NCBI GenBank assembly: GCA_965213705.1
Contig: OZ243913.1
Span: forward strand, 1,152,001-1,216,000
Reading direction: 5' to 3'
DNA from: Trueperaceae bacterium
Lineage (GTDB): Bacteria; Deinococcota; Deinococci; Deinococcales; Trueperaceae
DNA: 64,000 nt
A program made the position numbers and the translations under genes. Within the stretch, counting starts at the first letter, position 1, and every line of letters starts with the position of its first letter. Positions 20,074-32,115 of the stretch are shown here, one piece after another. The notes beneath the pieces were generated by a model. It ran no database searches and was not told the DNA's origin. It worked only from the letters and a program-made list of their open reading frames with translations.

Positions 20074-21104
20074 TTCAATCCTTCCAGCGCCGTGACGACA
20101 CGGTGCCTACCCGCACCGTCGACGAGGGTCATGCCCTTTTCCGCCAAAGCCCTCAAGTCGTTTATCGAGACTACGGCCTCATGGATGGCTTGAAGGTAGT
20201 CGATACGTTTGCGGCTCACGTCACCCAGGTAAACGAGGTAGCCCAGCTTCGCGAGCCGTTCGCAAAAAGGAACTTGGTGTTCTGAAATGGCGACGGTCAA
20301 CGTCGGGAGTCCCAAGCAGCAGCGCTCCCACAGCGTAGAGCCGCCGGCACCCAAGCACAAGTCCGCTTGGGCCATTAGAACCGCCATCTGCTGGGTCTGC
20401 GTGTGAAGGCGAACGTCGGGTAAAGCTTCAACTAAGTTTTTGACCTCGTCCAGGGCCGGATGAGACGCGCCCACGACGCAGTCGATGTGAAGCTCAAATT
20501 TTGCGTCAGCCGCCTGCAACTGCCGCAAAACCTCGACGGTTTCGCCGGTCGGGTCGCTGCCCCCGAACGACAGCAGCAGTCGCTCAGGCTTGCCCTGCCG
20601 CTTGGCTAAGCGGGCTCGAGCCGCCGCAAATTCGGATCTTAGAAGCGCATACTCAGGCCCTAACAGCTTGGTGCAGTGGCTGGGTATCAGGGCGTCGTAG
20701 CGCGTAGTGTCGATGGCGAAATTTTGGTCGAGCAGCAAGTCGCACCTGTGCGGGCGGTCAGCCAGGTCGTCGATGACCATGAGGCGTTTCGTGTGGGGAC
20801 GCAACTGCGTTTCCCACGCTTCGTCTAAACCGTAGTGGTCTACGACGAGCCAGTCCACGGAAGCGTTCTGCAGGTAAACGGCACTTTGACGGGCATCCTC
20901 TTCGTGTGAACCAGCCTTGGGCAAAAGGTGTACCGGAAAGCCCTTTTCACTTTCGATGAACTTTGTTAGGTCGCCTTCAGCCTCGCGGCAGATAAATTCG
21001 GCGTGGTGCCCCTGCGTTCGCAACGCCTCGGCCAAGGTGAGACAGCGCATCACGTGGCCCGTACCGATGGCTACAGAAGCGTCCGCGCGGACAACGACCC
21101 TCAC
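20061..21104 (-). CDS. pseG: UDP-2,4-diacylamido-2,4,6-trideoxy-altropyranose hydrolase
   Basis: RADAS..IGTGHVMRCLTLA, VVDHY, IDDL, FGGSDP, AGG.TLWE; GTG 21104 overlaps the pseF stop. Confidence 0.9.
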   Translation of the reverse strand: MRVVVRADASVAIGTGHVMRCLTLAEALRTQGHHAEFICREAEGDLTKFIESEKGFPVHLLPKAGSHEEDARQSAVYLQNASVDWLVVDHYGLDEAWETQLRPHTKRLMVIDDLADRPHRCDLLLDQNFAIDTTRYDALIPSHCTKLLGPEYALLRSEFAAARARLAKRQGKPERLLLSFGGSDPTGETVEVLRQLQAADAKFELHIDCVVGASHPALDEVKNLVEALPDVRLHTQTQQMAVLMAQADLCLGAGGSTLWERCCLGLPTLTVAISEHQVPFCERLAKLGYLVYLGDVSRKRIDYLQAIHEAVVSINDLRALAEKGMTLVDGAGRHRVVTALEGLKCSH

Positions 21105-21838
21105 GGGCCGACCTTCTTTTGTTCGACGTGGCGGTTTGAGTCCGACCATTCGGGACGTTTCGCTAACAAGCTCAGCACGTCCTGATAGGAAAAAGCTGGG
21201 TTCGTAGGGTACAGCGCGCCGTATATCCTGCTGACGAGTTCGAAGTCTTCGGGCGTGTCCACGGTCCAGCGCAGGTCGCTGTGATTCTCAGGAGCCACCA
21301 CGTCGAGCAGCCGGAAGCGCCGAGGTTGCCGCCAAATGAAGGGCGTGACGTGCTCGCGCTCGGGTGGGGTAGTGGCTTCGTGAAAAGCGGCCTCGAGCGC
21401 CGCCATACTGAACACTTCCGTGTCGAGGCCGCGCGGGTAGCTGCGCCCAAAACCGTTGGAGGCGTAGTCAACCTTGTCAGGAGGCGCGAAAAAACCCATC
21501 ACGCATTTGTCCACGACTTCGGGGGCGATGAGCGGGCAGTCCGAAGTAATCCGCACGACCACGTCGGCGGCGTGTCGCCGCGCCGCGTTGTAGTAGCGCC
21601 CCAACACGTCGTCCTCAGAACCACGAAAAACGTGAACGTTCAGGGCGTTCGTAAGCTCCACAATGGGCTGCTCGCTCCCGTCGTCCGTCGTCGCCACCAC
21701 AATTTCGTCAACCCGTTTGCAGCGTGCCAAGCGCTCGAGCTGCCGCGCCAGCATGGGTTCACCCAGCAGTGGTTTCATGACCTTGCCCGGCAACCGGGTG
21801 GAGCCCATGCGAGCTTGGACGATGGCGACGACTTTCAT
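21101..21838 (-). CDS. pseF: Nonulosonic acid cytidylyltransferase (PseF/SpsF type)
   Basis: VQARMGSTRLPGKV, GSEDDVL.RY, RIT.DCPL, REHVTP, RWTVDTPED. Confidence 0.85.
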   Translation of the reverse strand: MKVVAIVQARMGSTRLPGKVMKPLLGEPMLARQLERLARCKRVDEIVVATTDDGSEQPIVELTNALNVHVFRGSEDDVLGRYYNAARRHAADVVVRITSDCPLIAPEVVDKCVMGFFAPPDKVDYASNGFGRSYPRGLDTEVFSMAALEAAFHEATTPPEREHVTPFIWRQPRRFRLLDVVAPENHSDLRWTVDTPEDFELVSRIYGALYPTNPAFSYQDVLSLLAKRPEWSDSNRHVEQKKVGP

Positions 21839-21840
21839 AC

Positions 21841-23977
<2,137 letters not shown>

Positions 23978-24083
23978 CTAATAACGTCTGGGTTTTTGTG
24001 TGCTGAAACAGCTTCGTCAAACTTGCACACAGTAGCTTAGCCCAACGGTAGCTTGGACCGACAGGGTATCTTAGCCCACCCGT

Positions 24084-25241
24084 TCAGTGTTTGGATACGG
24101 CAGCTCGGACAGCATCCATAACCCGCCTTTGCGCCTCCAGCTCTATTTCCGGCCACAGCGGCAAGCTCAGGACCTGTTCGCCCAAGCGCCGGCTCACCGG
24201 GTTTGCGGGGAATCGGCCCCTGAAAACGGGCAACTCGTCCTGCGGCAACGGGTAGTAAACGACCGTGCTGACACCCCGCTCGGCAAGCTCAGCCTGCACC
24301 GCGTCCCGGTTCGCACCGGTAAAGCGCAGCGTGTACTGGTGAAACACGTGCCCCGCGGAAACGGTCGGCGTGACGACGCCGCGGAGCCCGTCGAAAAGCG
24401 CGTTGTAGCGTTCGGCCGCCCGAACGCGCTGCCGGTTCCACCTGTCAACGTGCGGCAGCTTGACCCGGAGGAGGGCGGCCTGCAGGCTGTCGAGGCGTGA
24501 GTTGTAGCCCAGCATCTCGTTCGAATAACGCACTTTGCTGCCGTGGTTGCGCAACATCCGCGCCAGCTCCGCCGTTTCATCGTCGTCGGTGACGAACATG
24601 CCGGCGTCGCCGAAGGCGCCCAAGTTCTTCGTAGGGTAAAACGAAAACGCGCCCGCGTCGCCTAAAGTGCCGGTGTGCTTGCCGAGAAGTTCCGGCGCGG
24701 GATTGGCGGTTTCTGTGCCACAGTAGCGCGCGCCGAACGATTGGGCGCAATCCTCGAGCACTTTTAAACCATAAGCCTCGGCCACCTCCATAACCCGCGT
24801 CATGGCGGCGGGGTTGCCGTAGAGGTGAACGGGCAAAATCGCTCTAGTGCGTTTGGTGACGGCGGCCTCGAGCTGGTCCGGGTCCAGGTTGAAGGTGCGC
24901 TCGTCTACGTCGACAAAAACGGGCGTCGCGCCGACGGAGCTGATGGCTTCGGCGGTCGCGAAAAAACTGAACGAGGTGGTGACTACTTCGTCGCCCGGCA
25001 CGATGCCGAGGGCGCGGAGGCCGATAAGCAGGGCGTCGGTGCCGGAGTTCAGCCCGACCGCGTGTTTGACGCCGAGATAGCGCGCCACTTCCTCTTCGAA
25101 GGCCCGAACCTCTTCACCCAAAACGAACTGGTTTGAACGCAGCACGCGCTGCACGGCCGCGTTGAACTCGTCCCACAGCTCGTTCAACTGCGGGCTGAGG
25201 TCCAGCATCGGAACCGGTTTGACTCGGGTGTCGGCGCTCAT
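24084..25241 (-). CDS. DegT/DnrJ/EryC1/StrS family sugar aminotransferase
   Basis: NSGTDAL, PVHLYG, EDCAQSFGA, SFYPTKNLG, GYNSRLD. Confidence 0.9.
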   Translation of the reverse strand: MSADTRVKPVPMLDLSPQLNELWDEFNAAVQRVLRSNQFVLGEEVRAFEEEVARYLGVKHAVGLNSGTDALLIGLRALGIVPGDEVVTTSFSFFATAEAISSVGATPVFVDVDERTFNLDPDQLEAAVTKRTRAILPVHLYGNPAAMTRVMEVAEAYGLKVLEDCAQSFGARYCGTETANPAPELLGKHTGTLGDAGAFSFYPTKNLGAFGDAGMFVTDDDETAELARMLRNHGSKVRYSNEMLGYNSRLDSLQAALLRVKLPHVDRWNRQRVRAAERYNALFDGLRGVVTPTVSAGHVFHQYTLRFTGANRDAVQAELAERGVSTVVYYPLPQDELPVFRGRFPANPVSRRLGEQVLSLPLWPEIELEAQRRVMDAVRAAVSKH

Positions 25242-25380
25242 GGTGCCCTTTCGGAGAGTTTCCCGCCGCGCGGGCGGCTCGCTTCACCATAGCATCGCCG
25301 GCACCGGGTCGACTGCAAAGCGCAGTAGCTTTTCGGCGGACTCTTGCCGCAAGTGCGCTAAACTGTGGCTCGAGGTCTTT

Positions 25381-26373
25381 ATGACAGACACCGTCAGACC
25401 ACCCGAGAGCGAAACTTTTCCGGAAAGCCCGAGAAATCCGGGCGGGCCGCTCGAGCCCGCCCTCTTCGAAGACGCGCGCGTCAACCTGTCGGCCGTCGAG
25501 CGCCGCACCTCTAGCTTAACGGGTCGGCGCAGCGTCAAAAAAGAGTGGCAGGCCGCCTGGCTTCTGAAAGCCGTCACCTGCATCGACCTGACTACTTTGG
25601 CCAGCGACGACACGCCGGGCCGGGTGCGCCGCTTGTGCGCCAAGGCGCGCCGACCCGTGCGGGAGGATATTTTGGAAGCCCTCGGCATGGCGGACGCGGG
25701 CCTCATGGTTGGGGCGGTCTGCGTTTACCCGACGATGGTGCCGCACGCGGTGAAAGCTTTAGAGGGCTCGAGCATCCCCGTCGCCTCGGTCGCCACGGGT
25801 TTTCCGGCGGGACTCACGCCCTTGAAGCAGCGCTTGGAGGAAATCCGTTACGCCGTGGGTGAGGGTGCTCACGAAATCGACATCGTCATCACCCGCGAAC
25901 ACGCGCTGTTGGGCCACTGGCAAGCCCTGTACGACGAGGTCGCTGCCATGCGCGAGGCTTGCGGCGAGGCGCACCTCAAAACGATTCTGGCGACCGGCGA
26001 ACTCGGACACTTGCGCAACGTCTACAAGGCGAGCATGGTCTGCATGATGGCCGGGGCGGACTTTATCAAAACCTCGACCGGCAAGGAGACCGAGAACGCC
26101 ACGCTGCCGGTCACGCTCATCATGCTGCGGGCGATTCGGGATTACTTAGAACACACCGGTTTTCAGGTCGGCTTCAAACCCGCGGGCGGCATCCGCACGG
26201 CCAAAGATGCCCTCGCCTGGCTCACCCTCATAAAGGAGGAGTTGGGGCGGGACTGGTTGGAACCCGAGCTGTTCCGCATCGGGGCGAGCAGCTTGTTGGG
26301 GGACATCGAGCGGCAGTTGGAACACTTTGTGACCGGGCGCTATTCGGCGGGTTTTCGGCAGCCGCTGGCGTGA
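25381..26373 (+). CDS. deoC: Deoxyribose-phosphate aldolase (long form)
   Basis: IDLTTL, AVCVYP, SVATGFPAG, EIDIVI, GADFIKTSTGK, GFKPAGGI, RIGASSL; ATG 25381. Confidence 0.93.
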   Translation: MTDTVRPPESETFPESPRNPGGPLEPALFEDARVNLSAVERRTSSLTGRRSVKKEWQAAWLLKAVTCIDLTTLASDDTPGRVRRLCAKARRPVREDILEALGMADAGLMVGAVCVYPTMVPHAVKALEGSSIPVASVATGFPAGLTPLKQRLEEIRYAVGEGAHEIDIVITREHALLGHWQALYDEVAAMREACGEAHLKTILATGELGHLRNVYKASMVCMMAGADFIKTSTGKETENATLPVTLIMLRAIRDYLEHTGFQVGFKPAGGIRTAKDALAWLTLIKEELGRDWLEPELFRIGASSLLGDIERQLEHFVTGRYSAGFRQPLA

Positions 26374-26382
26374 GGAGGACAC

Positions 26383-26661
26383 ATGACCATCAAAGAATCG
26401 ACTCTCAAAGAGCGCGTGCTCAAGCGCATCGAAAAGATGGATGAAGAGACCCTGGAAAAACTCGAGCTGCGCCTCGACGAGTTGACGAAACCCTCGCCCG
26501 AAGAGATAGAACGTCGCTTAGAGGCTTGGCGTGGCATCTTCGGCTTACTCTCCGATCCCGAAGACTATGCGGAGTTCGAAGAACATGCGCGTCGTCGCTC
26601 ACTGTTTGGAGGGCGCACGCTCGACTTGGAGCCGGATGCCGAGGACTCGAGCTCATCTTGA
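26383..26661 (+). CDS. Putative antitoxin (VapB-like)
   Basis: 92-aa acidic protein with SD GAGGA; stop overlaps the TTG start of the PIN toxin gene. Confidence 0.65.
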   Translation: MTIKESTLKERVLKRIEKMDEETLEKLELRLDELTKPSPEEIERRLEAWRGIFGLLSDPEDYAEFEEHARRRSLFGGRTLDLEPDAEDSSSS

Positions 26662-27059
26662 CACTTTATACGCTCGATACCAACGTCGTTGCTGCTCTCC
26701 TAAAGGGGGATAAACAAGTGATGGCCCAGCTGGAAATACGTGTCGCTGCGGGTCATGACGTAATGCTCAACGCGCTAAGTTACTACGAAACACAACGTGG
26801 GCTGACACCACAGCACACTAGAAAAAGCGTACGTTTCGAGGTGTTGACCCTCGAGGCCGGGATGCTCAATCTTGACCGAGCAGCGCTCGACTTCGCCGCT
26901 GATACCTACCAAGACCTTCGCCGCAAAGGCACGCCCCTCGAGGACGCCGACATCCTCATCGCGGGCATCGCTCTTGCCCACGACGCCACCCTAGTCACGC
27001 GCAACACCAAACACTTTGCACGGGTTGAAGGGCTCAGGCTCGAGGATTGGGAGAATTGA
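26658..27059 (+). CDS. vapC: PIN-domain toxin (VapC family)
   Basis: LDTNVV, YYE...G, DADILIAG.AL, LVTRN.KHF.RV.GL.LEDW; TTG 26658. Confidence 0.88.
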   Translation: MTLYTLDTNVVAALLKGDKQVMAQLEIRVAAGHDVMLNALSYYETQRGLTPQHTRKSVRFEVLTLEAGMLNLDRAALDFAADTYQDLRRKGTPLEDADILIAGIALAHDATLVTRNTKHFARVEGLRLEDWEN

Positions 27060-27075
27060 CTGTGGAGGTGATTGC

Positions 27076-29484
27076 ATGACCGTGAAAGAGGTTTTCGAAA
27101 CGATGGACTACGGCCCCGCCCCCGAAAGCGCTGACCTGGCGATAGCTTGGCTCGAGCGCCACAAGCGCACTTTCGAGCTTTTCATTGGCGGCAAGTTCGT
27201 CAAACCCGCGGCGGGCGAGTATTTTGAGACGATTAACCCCGCCGACGAAACTGTTCTGGCGAAAGTCGCGCAGGGCGACGCATCAGACATCGACAAGGCC
27301 GTCAAGGCGGCGCGGGCAGCGCAGGGCGAGTGGACGGGGTTGTCGGGACACGCACGGGCTCGCTACCTCTACGCGCTGGCGCGGCACGTGCAAAAGCACT
27401 CGAGGCTCTTGGCCGTTTTAGAAACCCTCGACAACGGCAAACCGATTCGCGAGACGCGCGACTTGGATATTCCGCTGGTGGCGCGGCACTTTTACCACCA
27501 CGCGGGTTGGGCGCAGCTTTTGGGCAGCGAGTTTGAAGGCTACGAGCCGGTCGGCGTGTGCGGACAGATTATCCCCTGGAACTTTCCGCTGCTGATGCTC
27601 GCCTGGAAAATCGCGCCCGCCCTCGCCGCGGGGAATACAGTTGTTCTCAAACCCGCCGAGTTCACGCCGCTCACGGCGCTCGCTTTCGCCGAAATTTGCC
27701 AGGAGGTCGGGCTGCCGCCGGGCGTGGTCAACATCGTTACGGGCGACGGGACGACGGGCGCGGCCCTGGTCGAGCACAGCGGCGTCGATAAGCTCGCCTT
27801 CACCGGCTCGACCGAGGTCGGGCGGCTTATCCGCGAGAAGAGTGCGGGCAGCGGTAAGAAGCTGTCACTCGAGCTGGGCGGCAAGTCGCCCTTCATCATT
27901 TTCGAAGATGCCGATATAGACAGCGCCGTCGAGGGCGTGGTGGACGCGATTTGGTTCAACCAGGGCGAGGTCTGCTGCGCGGGCTCACGACTGCTCGTGC
28001 AAGAAGGGATTGCCGAGAAAGTCCACCGCAAACTTCTCGCGCGTATGGAAAAGCTTCGCGTCGGCAACCCGCTCGATAAGGCGGTCGACATGGGCGCGGT
28101 CGTCGCGGCGGTGCAGTTGCAAAAAATTCGCCGACTCGTCGAAGAAGGTAAAGCAGAGGGCTTGGCCTGTTACCAACCTTCGTGGTCGGTGCCGGAAACG
28201 GGCTACTACTACCCGCCGACCCTGTTCACCGACGTCGACCCGGCCTCCACGGTCGCGCAGGTCGAAATCTTCGGCCCGGTGATGGCCTCGACGACCTTCC
28301 GCACCCCGGACGAGGCTGTTCTGCTTGCCAACAACACGCGCTACGGCCTGGCGGCTTCGGTGTGGACCGAGAACGTCAACTTGGCCCTCGACGTTGCGCC
28401 GCAACTCAAGGCGGGCGTGGTGTGGATAAACTCGACCAACCTGTTCGACGCGGCGGCGGGCTTCGGCGGTTACCGCGAATCCGGCTACGGGCGCGAGGGC
28501 GGCCGTGAGGGCATGTATGAATACCTGGTGCCGTCGTGGGAGAAGGGGCTAAAACCGGTAAGCAGCCAGAAGTCGGCAGAGCGTCCCTTAGCCCCCTTTG
28601 AGGAGGGCCGCTCGAGCGAAGCGCAGATCGGGGGGGTTGGGGTCGACCGCACCCCGAAACTCTACATCGGCGGCAAACAAGCGCGGCCCGACTCGGGTTA
28701 CAGCTACGCCGTTTCAGGTTCCAAAGGCGAGCACTTGGGCGAAGTCGGCCTCGGCAACCGCAAAGACATTCGCAACGCGGTCGAGGCGGCGCGGAAAGCC
28801 GAAGCTTGGTCGCAGGCGACGGCGCACAACCGGGCGCAGGTGCTTTACTACCTGGCCGAGAATTTGGCGGCTCGGGCCCCCGAATTCGAGGCGCGACTCG
28901 TTCAAACGACGGGTGTCACGCGCAAAAAAGCGGCGGCGGAGGTTGAAGCGTCCATTGAGCGCATCTTTTACTACGCCGCCTACGCCGACAAGTACGACGG
29001 GCAGGTTCACGCCACGCCGATTCGCAACGTCACCCTCGCCATGCCCGAGCCTTGGGATGTGATGGGCCTGAGTTGCCCGGATGAAGCGCCGCTGCTGGCT
29101 TTCATTTCGCTGGTCATGCCCGCCGTTGCGATGGGCAACCGGGTCGTGGTGACGCCCTCGACGCGCCATCCGCTCGTCGTCACCGACCTCTACCAGGTCT
29201 TGGACACCTCGGACGTGCCGGGCGGCGTCGTCAACATTGTCACGGGCGACCAGGACGAACTCGCGGAGGTGCTTGCGAAACATGACGAGGTGGCGGCCCT
29301 GTGGTACATCGGCTCGGCGGAAGGTAGCGCCGCGGTCGAGCGCGCGTCAACCGGCAACCTCAAGGCGACCTGGGTGAACTATGGCAAAGCGCGCGACTGG
29401 TTTGATAAGACGCAGGGGCAGGGGCGAGCGTATTTGCGCCGGGCGACGCAGGTGAAAAATATTTGGGTCCCGTACGGCGAATGA
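27076..29484 (+). CDS. Aldehyde dehydrogenase with second truncated ALDH domain (ALDH16-like)
   Basis: First domain has IIPWNFP, FTGST, ELGGK, GEVCCAG, EIFGP; a second Rossmann-like domain begins at DRTPKLYIGGKQ. SD GGAGG before ATG 27076. Confidence 0.9.
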   Translation: MTVKEVFETMDYGPAPESADLAIAWLERHKRTFELFIGGKFVKPAAGEYFETINPADETVLAKVAQGDASDIDKAVKAARAAQGEWTGLSGHARARYLYALARHVQKHSRLLAVLETLDNGKPIRETRDLDIPLVARHFYHHAGWAQLLGSEFEGYEPVGVCGQIIPWNFPLLMLAWKIAPALAAGNTVVLKPAEFTPLTALAFAEICQEVGLPPGVVNIVTGDGTTGAALVEHSGVDKLAFTGSTEVGRLIREKSAGSGKKLSLELGGKSPFIIFEDADIDSAVEGVVDAIWFNQGEVCCAGSRLLVQEGIAEKVHRKLLARMEKLRVGNPLDKAVDMGAVVAAVQLQKIRRLVEEGKAEGLACYQPSWSVPETGYYYPPTLFTDVDPASTVAQVEIFGPVMASTTFRTPDEAVLLANNTRYGLAASVWTENVNLALDVAPQLKAGVVWINSTNLFDAAAGFGGYRESGYGREGGREGMYEYLVPSWEKGLKPVSSQKSAERPLAPFEEGRSSEAQIGGVGVDRTPKLYIGGKQARPDSGYSYAVSGSKGEHLGEVGLGNRKDIRNAVEAARKAEAWSQATAHNRAQVLYYLAENLAARAPEFEARLVQTTGVTRKKAAAEVEASIERIFYYAAYADKYDGQVHATPIRNVTLAMPEPWDVMGLSCPDEAPLLAFISLVMPAVAMGNRVVVTPSTRHPLVVTDLYQVLDTSDVPGGVVNIVTGDQDELAEVLAKHDEVAALWYIGSAEGSAAVERASTGNLKATWVNYGKARDWFDKTQGQGRAYLRRATQVKNIWVPYGE

Positions 29485-29508
29485 GCGCACTGTGCGGTAG
29501 GATGGCGT

Positions 29509-30117
29509 ATGGTTATCCAAGTTCGTGAAGACGTTGTTTTCGACGTGCTCGAGAAGCCGTTCGCCATCCGCTTGCCCTTTGCGCTGTCGGATGACGAGCT
29601 TTTGGAGCTTGCGTCCCTCAATCCCGAGGTGGGCCTGGAAGTCAGTGCGCAAGGAGACCTTATCGTCATGCCACCCGCCGGAGGGGAAAGCAGTCGTCGC
29701 AACGCTGACGTCGTCAGTCAGTTGTTCACTTGGTCGAAGCGTGATGGAACTGGGGTCGTTTACGACTCTTCGGGTGGATTTCGCCTACCCAACGGCGCGT
29801 TGCGCTCGCCGGACGCGTCCTGGGTGAGCCGAGAACAGCTCGAGCCCCTCAGCCCCGAGCAGCGCGAAAAGTTTTTGCCCCTGTGCCCGGCGTTCGTGGT
29901 CGAGTTGCTTTCCCCTTCGGACAGCTTGAAAGTAGCTCAGGAAAAGATGCAGGAATACCTCGAGAACGGTGCCGAACTCGGCTGGCTCATCGACGCAAAA
30001 ACGAAGCGGGTCCACGTTTACACGCCCGAAGGTGTGGTTGACCTCGAGGAGCCCGACACGCTGAGCGCCGAACCCGTATTGGTGGGGTTTAGGCTCGAGC
30101 TGAGTGAAATCTGGTAA
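29509..30117 (+). CDS. Uma2 (DUF820) family PD-(D/E)XK endonuclease-like protein
   Basis: G.LIVMPP.G, DSSGGF.LPNGA.RSPDASW, FVVEL.SPSD, LGWLID; leaderless-type TAGGAT-N5-ATG. Confidence 0.9.
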   Translation: MVIQVREDVVFDVLEKPFAIRLPFALSDDELLELASLNPEVGLEVSAQGDLIVMPPAGGESSRRNADVVSQLFTWSKRDGTGVVYDSSGGFRLPNGALRSPDASWVSREQLEPLSPEQREKFLPLCPAFVVELLSPSDSLKVAQEKMQEYLENGAELGWLIDAKTKRVHVYTPEGVVDLEEPDTLSAEPVLVGFRLELSEIW

Positions 30118-30410
30118 AGCTAAAACCTTGATGCGTTTGGCACACCTGGAGCTTCGAAAACCGTTGGGTGATGCAAACCCTCAATGCGACTGTTGCGCGC
30201 GTTAACTGCGTTAATTTCAACCAATGCTCAGCTCGTTTTGGAATAAATGGCATGAAAATAATCCCTTGAAAAACCAAGCCAAAGTTGTGGAAGAAGTCAA
30301 ACGTGGCGGGGTACGGGGGCTGAACGAGGGTGGGTGCTTAAAGCTCGAGGGGCCTGACAGTGCCACGCAGGTTTGCCACTCGCTCATGTTGCGCTGCTCT
30401 CAAGGCGGGG

Positions 30411-30989
30411 TCAGTAGACGGCGAGACCCGCCTCGCTCGGCACCAAAAAGCGGACCCAGCTCTCCTCGGGCAGTTTGTCTAGAGTAAGCTCGGCCGCGTA
30501 GAACATGCCGCTCACCTCGAAGCCGATAAGGCCCAAGCGGTAGGGCACCGCCGCGTAAATGTGTTTCCCTAGACCGGTAAGCCAGCGCTCGAGGGGCTTC
30601 TGCCACAGGTGCGCTTGTGCCTCGTGGCCGAAAGGAAAGCCGCCGACCGTGTCGTAAGTTTGCGCCAGCGCTCCCATCGGAAAGTAGAAGTCGAGCCAGT
30701 CAGGTCCGTCGTCTTCGCGCACGCTCACCGTGCCGCAGGGCACGCGTTCACCGTCCGTCAAGGTAGCGACGCCTTGCAGATGCGGGTGTTCCGACAACCT
30801 AAGAGGAGGTACGGCGACCTGTTCTGCAGGCTCGAGCCCGCGTGCCAAGTAGCAGCCCTCGAGTCCTTCATACGCCCAACACGCCTCGAGGGCCTGCGCC
30901 AGCCGCGCGTCGGAGCGCTCCCCCAGCTCGAGGGCGAGTTCGAGAAAGCCGCCACTCCAGGTATCTTTGTTGGTATAGCGCGCTTTCAC
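30411..30989 (-). CDS. Hypothetical protein (immunity-array-like)
   Basis: 192-aa ORF with host-like codon usage (W.GG.LEL.LELG...DWLDFY.P.GAL...LGLIGFE); last gene of a co-oriented array. Confidence 0.7.
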   Translation of the reverse strand: MKARYTNKDTWSGGFLELALELGERSDARLAQALEACWAYEGLEGCYLARGLEPAEQVAVPPLRLSEHPHLQGVATLTDGERVPCGTVSVREDDGPDWLDFYFPMGALAQTYDTVGGFPFGHEAQAHLWQKPLERWLTGLGKHIYAAVPYRLGLIGFEVSGMFYAAELTLDKLPEESWVRFLVPSEAGLAVY

Positions 30990-31109
30990 AGCTTAGTTGT
31001 CCCTTACTTCGAGCCGAGTTTGAAGTTCTGTCGTGTAGTGCCTTTATAAACGTCCCAGGGCGCTAGGAGTAAGCGTACGGCACAAGTCACTTCCGCTACG
31101 CCTACCTCT

Positions 31110-31616
31110 TCAGCCCTTGCTCGCTTCAGCCTCGAGCCGTTGCCTGAGCAAGACCCGATGTTCCCCGACGTAGGCGGTCAAACGTGTCCAAAACTCTTCC
31201 TCGTCGAAGTCGGCCTCGAGCCTGCCTATGTCTTTTTCTGCCGCCGCCCACTTATCACCGTGCGTCGCTTTCCAACTCGTAACGGGGTAAGGAACCTTCG
31301 CCCTGTCTTTTTGAACAGTTTCAAAAGTGATGTTTGCGGTCTCAGCCACGTCAAGGATGCGCCGCAACGTGCCCGCGCACGTGTACGCGCTCACACGCCC
31401 CAGCGCGGTCACCGTTTCCCTGGCGTACTTGCCTGAACTGTTCCCGAGGAAGTCGAGCATCCCGTTCATGGCGCGCTCTGTCTCAAAGTCGACGAGGAGC
31501 ATGACGACGGCGAGGGGGTCGTCGGTATCGCCCACTAAGCCTCGGTCCCTAAACTCGGTCAGGGGCGGCTGGTAGAGTTTGACCGCAAGCTCGTCCAAAA
31601 GCTGCTCGGGAGTCAC
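31110..31616 (-). CDS. DMP19/DUF4375-like acidic protein
   Basis: DFETE.AMNG..DFL.NSSG.YA.ET..AL..V pattern; GTG 31616. Confidence 0.65.
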   Translation of the reverse strand: MTPEQLLDELAVKLYQPPLTEFRDRGLVGDTDDPLAVVMLLVDFETERAMNGMLDFLGNSSGKYARETVTALGRVSAYTCAGTLRRILDVAETANITFETVQKDRAKVPYPVTSWKATHGDKWAAAEKDIGRLEADFDEEEFWTRLTAYVGEHRVLLRQRLEAEASKG

Positions 31617-31736
31617 CGCGCGGCTCGGCAGCCGTTTAGAGGTCGAGTTCGACAAGGGTAAACGGAACCTTTGCAAGCGTGTCGAAGTCGGTAGGGTCGA
31701 ACCCTGTTACGCGCCGCGCCAGGTTGAAAACGTTCC

Positions 31737-32111
31737 TCAAGATACTTCAAATCCCTTCGACGTCAGGCAAAAGTCTGCAAATGTCTGTAGCCATTCGTAG
31801 GTGACCCCGTAATTTTTATGCATCGTTTCGGGCGCGCGGTAGAACGTGGCGTCGTCCGTGCCGGTCGTGCCGAAGTCGGTATTCAAACGTTCAAGCTCGA
31901 GCCGGGGTAGCACATCACGCTCGAGCCGCCGACCGACGCCTTTCGCTTCTTCCTGGGTGACGGTCGTGGAGCCGTTGAAACTCATCCCCTCGAGCCGCTC
32001 GTCGTCGATAAGCTCGAAGCTTGCAATAAGTTCCAGGGTGGGTCGCCAATGCCAAGCGTTCACCTTTAGGTGGTGACGTTCGTCGGTAAGGTCAGTTAGG
32101 TGAAAGCTCAC
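31737..32111 (-). CDS. Hypothetical protein
   Basis: 124-aa ORF (VNAWHWRPT...WL..F..FC..S.GF.V) starting 4 nt after the upstream stop. Confidence 0.7.
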   Translation of the reverse strand: MSFHLTDLTDERHHLKVNAWHWRPTLELIASFELIDDERLEGMSFNGSTTVTQEEAKGVGRRLERDVLPRLELERLNTDFGTTGTDDATFYRAPETMHKNYGVTYEWLQTFADFCLTSKGFEVS

Positions 32112-32115
32112 TTTG

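Noticed and set aside
30118..30410. Coding or structured element in the AT-richer gap after the Uma2 gene
   Set aside because: The short ORFs have no recognisable motifs, and there is no convincing hairpin or repeat.
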